A stretch of 40,953 nt of DNA from a virus. Its lineage: Duplodnaviria; Caudoviricetes. The notes beneath the pieces are model-generated. The model was not told where the DNA came from and searched no databases. It saw only the letters and a program-made list of their open reading frames with translations. The translations under genes were made by a program, and so were the position numbers. Of this stretch, positions 35,983-40,953 are shown piece after piece. Each line of letters opens with the position of its first letter. Position 1 is the first letter of the stretch. The stretch is taken from IMG/VR virus record IMGVR_UViG_3300049164_000113, positions 1 to 40,953 of that record; one strand, 5' to 3'.

Positions 35983-36004
35983 ACCGTAGGAAACCGGGGC
36001 GCAA
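35983..36004 (-). promoter_or_regulatory. late promoter TTGCGCCCC-N7-TACGGT
   Basis: One of six copies. Confidence 0.75.
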
Positions 36005-36088
36005 CACCCAGGGCGCGAATTACGATGCGCCACAAGAACGGGGGGTGAGCTGCACAAACCCTTCGACCACACGTTCGAAAGGGCTCGG

Positions 36089-36616
36089 ATGAAGAGAATT
36101 GCGCTGGCGTGCGCCGCCGCGGCAATCGCATTGACCGGATGTAGTGACAGCGACAGCCCGAAAGGCGAGTCCACACCGGTGATTCCGGGCACCACCGCCA
36201 CGGCCGCCAGCTCCGCGCCGTCGACATCGACGGCGCCGGCGATTCTGGCCCCGACCGACACCGGCCGCTCCAAGAACGCCGGGGTTGATGTGATGATCCT
36301 GTCCGTGGAGGACGTGACCAGCCGGTACGGGCCAGTCACCGTGATCACCTTCCAGTTGGTGAATACCGGTAACGAGGTGTTCCAGGGCTACAACTGGCCG
36401 ACACCGACCCTCGTGTACGGGGCCGCCGGGATGCCGGCCGAACACACGATGTCGATGACGGAGGGGTACGGGGAGGGTGTCACGGGCGCGGTCCCGCCGG
36501 GGATGCGGCAGACCGTCAAACACGCGTACAAGGTCACCAAGGACAAGCTGAATCCGGCCGTCGTGACGGCGGGTTCGATTGTGTGGCAGGGAGATTTGAC
36601 CGCGTTCCAGCGGTAG
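36089..36616 (+). CDS. lipoprotein (accessory, opposite strand)
   Basis: MKR + hydrophobic stretch + lipobox LTGC; S/T/P linker; beta-sandwich domain. Confidence 0.85.
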   Translation: MKRIALACAAAAIALTGCSDSDSPKGESTPVIPGTTATAASSAPSTSTAPAILAPTDTGRSKNAGVDVMILSVEDVTSRYGPVTVITFQLVNTGNEVFQGYNWPTPTLVYGAAGMPAEHTMSMTEGYGEGVTGAVPPGMRQTVKHAYKVTKDKLNPAVVTAGSIVWQGDLTAFQR

Positions 36617-36661
36617 CCGAGCTGGTGGGCGGTCGCTGGTCGTGGCCGCCCACTATCCGAA

Positions 36662-37549
36662 TCAGACCCCAAGCCTCTGCAACTCGTCCAAAACTTCGCC
36701 GACGGCGTCATACATGCCTTGCAGCATTTCGACCGCAGACGGGCGTCGGGTAGTTGGATTCGTGTGCAGTCGCCGTGCGGATGGTTCGTCGGGCACTTCG
36801 AGGATCACCGGGAAGCGAATGCTGATGTCGCTGATCAGGTCCTCTCTGGAAATTCCCTCAAGGGGAACCACCTTCTCGAACCAGATTTTCAGGAATTCGC
36901 GTCCGACCTCAGCGGTACCGTGGCTGTACTCATGGCGACTGTCGATTGGTCGAATATAATTGATCTGTACCGTGCCGTCGACGTGCAGATCTGCAAAGTT
37001 CGATGGCACAATGGCGCGATGCTTATCGACGTTTACGAAACGCCGTAGTAAGTCGAGATGACTGACCGTTGACACCGGTGATTGCCATCCCAAAGTGAAA
37101 TCGTGAAGTGTCTCGATGTACTGGTAAACGACGGGCGTGAAATTATTTCGGCATGCCTTCAGAGACGATTGCTTCTTTGCTATTGGGAAGGAAATGCGAG
37201 CCTCTTCCTCGGAGGTGAGGTCTCGGCCTTTCTCGGCGGAGAGCTGTGTTTTCGCATGATCAAACACCGAATGATCCAGTGCTGCGCGAAGGTTTGTTAG
37301 AACATCTCCGATTATCGTCGACAAAATTTCCGGCGCTTCGTCGGCCCTTGTAAAAATATACGAGCACGCGACTTCGGTTGCACTCTCGTCTTCGGGCTTC
37401 CACTCGACCTTGTAGCTCAGTGCCTCTGACGCTTCAAAGGCGCTGACCTCGGCCTTGAACTCATCAAGATGCTGCTGTGCACGCTGGAGCTTGCGGCGAG
37501 CGCTTGGAAGGCCGGTCGTTGGAGGCATTGAGCCAGCTAACCAAACCAA
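36662..37549 (-). CDS. low-GC accessory protein, HEPN-like
   Basis: KL.RA.QHL..., GD...NLRAALDH, FPI, L.RFVNVDKHR; possible ATG start at 37528. Confidence 0.65.
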   Translation of the reverse strand: MVWLAGSMPPTTGLPSARRKLQRAQQHLDEFKAEVSAFEASEALSYKVEWKPEDESATEVACSYIFTRADEAPEILSTIIGDVLTNLRAALDHSVFDHAKTQLSAEKGRDLTSEEEARISFPIAKKQSSLKACRNNFTPVVYQYIETLHDFTLGWQSPVSTVSHLDLLRRFVNVDKHRAIVPSNFADLHVDGTVQINYIRPIDSRHEYSHGTAEVGREFLKIWFEKVVPLEGISREDLISDISIRFPVILEVPDEPSARRLHTNPTTRRPSAVEMLQGMYDAVGEVLDELQRLGV

Positions 37550-37609
37550 CGTCGACTCGCCTAAGCATTCCGACTGATTTCGCTTCGTGTTTTTATCAGT
37601 ACGAGCGTC

Positions 37610-37795
37610 TCAATGGGTGGCTTCCCGGATGGGTTTGATGACGCCGCCACCTGCCTCGGACGCCGCGATCCGCGCCTCCGTGCTCGTCAGATACGGACCT
37701 TTCACCTCACCCGTCATGGTGGTCAGCTGCCACCCGGTCACCGCGCCCGCACCCTTCGGCGCGGTGGAACCACGTCCGCCACAGCAAGATCCCAT
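37610..37795 (-). CDS. small head-region protein (MGSCCGG...)
   Basis: Directly follows the protease stop; CCGG N-terminus and GGG.I C-terminus. Confidence 0.7.
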   Translation of the reverse strand: MGSCCGGRGSTAPKGAGAVTGWQLTTMTGEVKGPYLTSTEARIAASEAGGGVIKPIREATH

Positions 37796-37796
37796 C

Positions 37797-39848
37797 TCAG
37801 ACTGCCTTTCTACTCGCGCGGATGCCCGCGGCAACAGCACGCCGGCGGTTGCTGGCGGCGGTGATCAGTGCGCCCGCTTCGGTCGCGCGTTTGTCGGCGG
37901 CCAGCTGCTCGGCGTAGGCCTGAGCGCCGCGGCGGGCGATGTCATCGAGGAGGCTCGCGGGCAGTGGCGGCCGGGACTGGCGGGGCGCGAAGGAGGCCAC
38001 CAAGGCGAGGTCTCCGTCTCGGTCGCGGAGTCGCTGGGACACCGGGATCGGGAATCCGGGACTGTTCACGGCATGCCCGATCAACAACTCCGGGTGCCCG
38101 CCGACTCGTTCCCAATGTCCGGAATGCGGTGTCCCCAATGCCATTTTCACCATGCGGTCATCGGCGTTGGCCTCGATGCAGCCCGATACCCAGATCCCGA
38201 TGTCGTCCTCTCCGGCACGGACGTAGGCCCAGCAGGTCGTTACGTCGTCGTAGTGGGCGCGGGCGGCGCGCGGACCGCGGCCGACGGGACCGTGGCCGCC
38301 GCCTACGGTCAGCCGCCCGACGCGTAGTACTTGGCCGGTGTCCAGCCGCGCGTCGGTTTGGTGGAAGTCCGCGTAGCCGCTGAACGACCGGTAGGGAGTG
38401 CGCTGCATGTCGGGGTATGCGGTGTGCATGGTCTCCCAGCACGCCAGGTGTCCGACGACGCGGCCCTGCGGGGTGACGTGGATTGGTGTCGGTTCGGTGA
38501 GCACCGGGTCCTCGAAATGACCGGCGGGGTAAATGTCTTCGTCCACCGTGCGGGCGGCGGCTGCGGCGACGAGCGCCAGGCCGCGCGCCTGGTCCTCCTC
38601 GCTGGTCTCTTCTCCCAGCACCATGTGGGCGTCGCGGAACTCCGGGACCGAAACCAGAGTGGCGGCGACGATTTCGGCGACGTCGATACGTTCCACGATG
38701 ACCGCGCCGTCGAGCCACATCTGTTCGGCGGTTTCGGGGGAGACGGGGTTGCCTGCGCTGTCGGCCAGCACAGCGGAGCGAGCGACGAGCTCGATGGACG
38801 GGCGGGTGACGCTCGCTTCGACCTGTTGGATTGCCTCTGCCGCTTCGGGTGTGTCCAGCCAGTAGCCCGACCCCCACACCGCGCCGTCACGCAGAACCAC
38901 AGATTCCAGGACCGCGACCGTGAACGCGCCGTCATGGCCCGGATCGGCGGTGCGCTGCCATTTGAACGCGAAAGGCAGTGCGCTGTCGACCAGTTCGACG
39001 TTCGCGGCGAGCATCCAGCCTTGGGAGCGGCCGGGCACGCCGGTCGGGATGAGCAGGGCTTCGAACCTGCGGGCCATGGTCTTACCTCCTGTAGGGGCCG
39101 CGCTGGCGGCGAATGCGTCGGGTGCGCTGTTGACGATCTGGATCCAGCAGCGGCAGTTGGCGATCTCCTCAAGCGGCCCGTTGGGGTCGTGGGGCCGGTC
39201 GAGCAACGCGTCCCCGACGACGAACCGTTCGTCCAGGGGGACACGTTGCCGGTCGGCCTCCACGTGCGAATGGCGAGTCCTGCTGTCGTGCAGAGCGATC
39301 CAAATTTTGTCGAGGCGTACGCCGGTGTCGCGGGCGTGCTGCTCGGCCTGGGCCAGACGCGCCCCGTTGAACGCCGCCAACGCTTCGTTCCGTCCGATCA
39401 GCCCAGCATCGGTACGCCACGACGTCCACGACAGGGCGGTCTCGACAGCGGCCCGGACCGCGTCGACGGTTTGGCCGGCCGCGGCACGGATGGCGGCGCG
39501 GGCGCGGCGCGCAGCGCGGTCCGGGAGCCCGGACAGGCGGGTGCGGGCCGCCGCGAGATACCTTGCGCGCCAGTCGCCCAGCTGCTCGGCGGTCTCACCG
39601 AGGAGCCGGGTCAGGGCCGCGCCGATGCGGGGCAGTAGGCGGGCGTCTAGCTCGCGGTCCCAGGCGGCATCGGCTACCCGGCCGATCGCGGCCGGGTCGG
39701 GTGGGATCGCGGCGGCGACCAACGCCGGGAGGGCGGCGGCGCGGGCGAGGTCCAGCCACGGCCGCACCGCTGCCGCTGTCGCGGCCTCCAGTTCCCGTTC
39801 CAGTTCGAGGATGGTGAGGAGGTCGGCGCGGTCTTGGGCGGTGGTCAC
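37797..39848 (-). CDS. MuF-like minor head protein fused to capsid maturation protease
   Basis: K.W.A..D.RTR.SH..AD.Q.V...E.F.VG...L..P.DP.GP..E..NCRC (MuF); then GHDGA, PSIEL, ATLV.VPEF, GHLACW. Confidence 0.85.
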   Translation of the reverse strand: MTTAQDRADLLTILELERELEAATAAAVRPWLDLARAAALPALVAAAIPPDPAAIGRVADAAWDRELDARLLPRIGAALTRLLGETAEQLGDWRARYLAAARTRLSGLPDRAARRARAAIRAAAGQTVDAVRAAVETALSWTSWRTDAGLIGRNEALAAFNGARLAQAEQHARDTGVRLDKIWIALHDSRTRHSHVEADRQRVPLDERFVVGDALLDRPHDPNGPLEEIANCRCWIQIVNSAPDAFAASAAPTGGKTMARRFEALLIPTGVPGRSQGWMLAANVELVDSALPFAFKWQRTADPGHDGAFTVAVLESVVLRDGAVWGSGYWLDTPEAAEAIQQVEASVTRPSIELVARSAVLADSAGNPVSPETAEQMWLDGAVIVERIDVAEIVAATLVSVPEFRDAHMVLGEETSEEDQARGLALVAAAAARTVDEDIYPAGHFEDPVLTEPTPIHVTPQGRVVGHLACWETMHTAYPDMQRTPYRSFSGYADFHQTDARLDTGQVLRVGRLTVGGGHGPVGRGPRAARAHYDDVTTCWAYVRAGEDDIGIWVSGCIEANADDRMVKMALGTPHSGHWERVGGHPELLIGHAVNSPGFPIPVSQRLRDRDGDLALVASFAPRQSRPPLPASLLDDIARRGAQAYAEQLAADKRATEAGALITAASNRRRAVAAGIRASRKAV

Positions 39849-40953
39849 GGCCGCCCCCTCGGTAGGACAGGGCGGGCGCCGGTGGTGAGCGCGGCGGACG
39901 CGGTGGCCTGCACCAAATCCCGCAGTTGCGCGCGGCCCAGTCCGGCGTTCTCGCATACGTCGTCGTCTACCATCTCGTCCCATCCCTCGATCAGGGCGGC
40001 GACGTCCCCCGGTGCGCACGGCCCGAGGTGTTGGGGGAGGTGATAGTCGGTGGCGGGGACACCAGCGAACCGTGGATGGTCCGGGCGGCGGGCGCGCCGG
40101 TTCCCGGCCAAACGGAGCGCCTGATTGACGCACAGCCGCGCTATCGCCCCTGCCGCGGCGGTGAGTGCGTTGTCGCGGGTATCCGGCGGGGCGTGCCCGG
40201 CCGGTGGGGCTTCGATCGCGGGCGGTTCCTGTCGGGTGGCCGGGGCTGGTTCGGTGGGGGCGGTGAGCTCGGCCAGGTTTGGGACCAGCAGCCTCAAAAT
40301 CGGTGTCAGGACAGGGATGAGGGTGGCGTCTCGGCGTACCTGGTCGGTCGCCCACAGCTTCCAGCCTTCGGAGGTGGTGAGGTCGTAGCCGTCCGACTCG
40401 CCCAACCCGAGCTGGCGCATGTAGGCGTCGGCGTTGACCACGCCGTCCTGGTAGCCCGCCCTGACCTTTTCGATCTGGTCGGGTTCGGCGTCGACGTCGC
40501 TGGTGTCGTACCAAACCACGGTGTTCGGGCCGGTGAACAACGGCCGGAGGAGCTGGGTGAACGCGTCGCAGATAGTTTCCATCTCCGGTTTGGCGTGCCA
40601 GCGGACCGCCTGCTCCTCGATCCCGTACAGAGACCAATGGTTCAAGTCGCCTTGGCCTAGCAGCACTTCGGCCGGCATGTCGACCGTTGTAGCGAGACGC
40701 CGGACCGCCTTCTCCAACGCGTCCAGCGCCCGTTCGGGGATGTCGACATCGAAGCGCAGGTGTTGGACGTGTTTGACATACTCGCCCGCGATCATGAGCA
40801 CGATCGGGACCATGGCCTCAGCGCTGGAGGGGTCTGCGATCGCGGTGGCCATGGCGTCCTGGATCGCCTTGCGGATATCGCTGGCGGAAACGAACTTGGC
40901 CTGGGGAGGCGGTGGGGGCGGCGGCAGGTTCGGGGCGTCGGGGTCCACAGCAC
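39845..40953 (-). CDS. portal protein (3' part; truncated by the window edge)
   Basis: A..DP.SA.A.VPI...A.RRLA...D.P.E.LLG....NHWS; lies upstream of the MuF-protease gene. Confidence 0.85.
   Translation of the reverse strand, partial: AVDPDAPNLPPPPPPPQAKFVSASDIRKAIQDAMATAIADPSSAEAMVPIVLMIAGEYVKHVQHLRFDVDIPERALDALEKAVRRLATTVDMPAEVLLGQGDLNHWSLYGIEEQAVRWHAKPEMETICDAFTQLLRPLFTGPNTVVWYDTSDVDAEPDQIEKVRAGYQDGVVNADAYMRQLGLGESDGYDLTTSEGWKLWATDQVRRDATLIPVLTPILRLLVPNLAELTAPTEPAPATRQEPPAIEAPPAGHAPPDTRDNALTAAAGAIARLCVNQALRLAGNRRARRPDHPRFAGVPATDYHLPQHLGPCAPGDVAALIEGWDEMVDDDVCENAGLGRAQLRDLVQATASAALTTGARPVLPRGRP

Noticed and set aside
35917-36348. 144-aa N-terminal extension of the capsid ORF
   Set aside because: Overlaps the lipoprotein gene and the late promoter; a strong SD marks ATG 35916.
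39849-40637. Arg/Pro-rich N-terminal extension of the 946-aa ORF
   Set aside because: Alternate frame of the portal gene; the GTGA overlap at 39848 is the likely start.

Overview
The window is most of a temperate actinobacterial siphophage genome (high GC; the endolysin and cdd fragment suggest a Nocardia/Rhodococcus/Gordonia-type host). It appears to be in the excised, attP-containing form, because phage genes lie on both sides of the attachment site. The left third (minus strand) holds early genes: a DUF2303 pair, MarR, several HTH proteins, a replication initiator with an iteron origin, ERF, xis and cro. On the plus strand follow a repressor, a tyrosine integrase and attP; attP carries a 5' fragment of a cytidine deaminase (cdd) gene, arm-type repeats and phased 10-bp repeats. 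The right two-thirds (minus strand) is the late region: partial portal, MuF-protease fusion, two capsid proteins, holin, major tail, fibre/decoration genes, head-tail connectors, tape measure, minor tails, a displaced frameshifting tail-chaperone pair and the lysis genes. Main novel signals: (1) a two-gene cassette in which an AbiTii-like protein and a small upstream protein share a 24-residue amyloid-like motif at opposite termini, a candidate amyloid-signalling abortive-infection system; (2) integration into cdd with a phage-supplied 5' gene end; (3) a six-copy late promoter TTGCGCCCC-N7-(-10), leaderless in three cases; (4) internal translation starts in the endolysin and the MuF-protease fusion. 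Family assignments come from motif recognition by eye, not from database searches.
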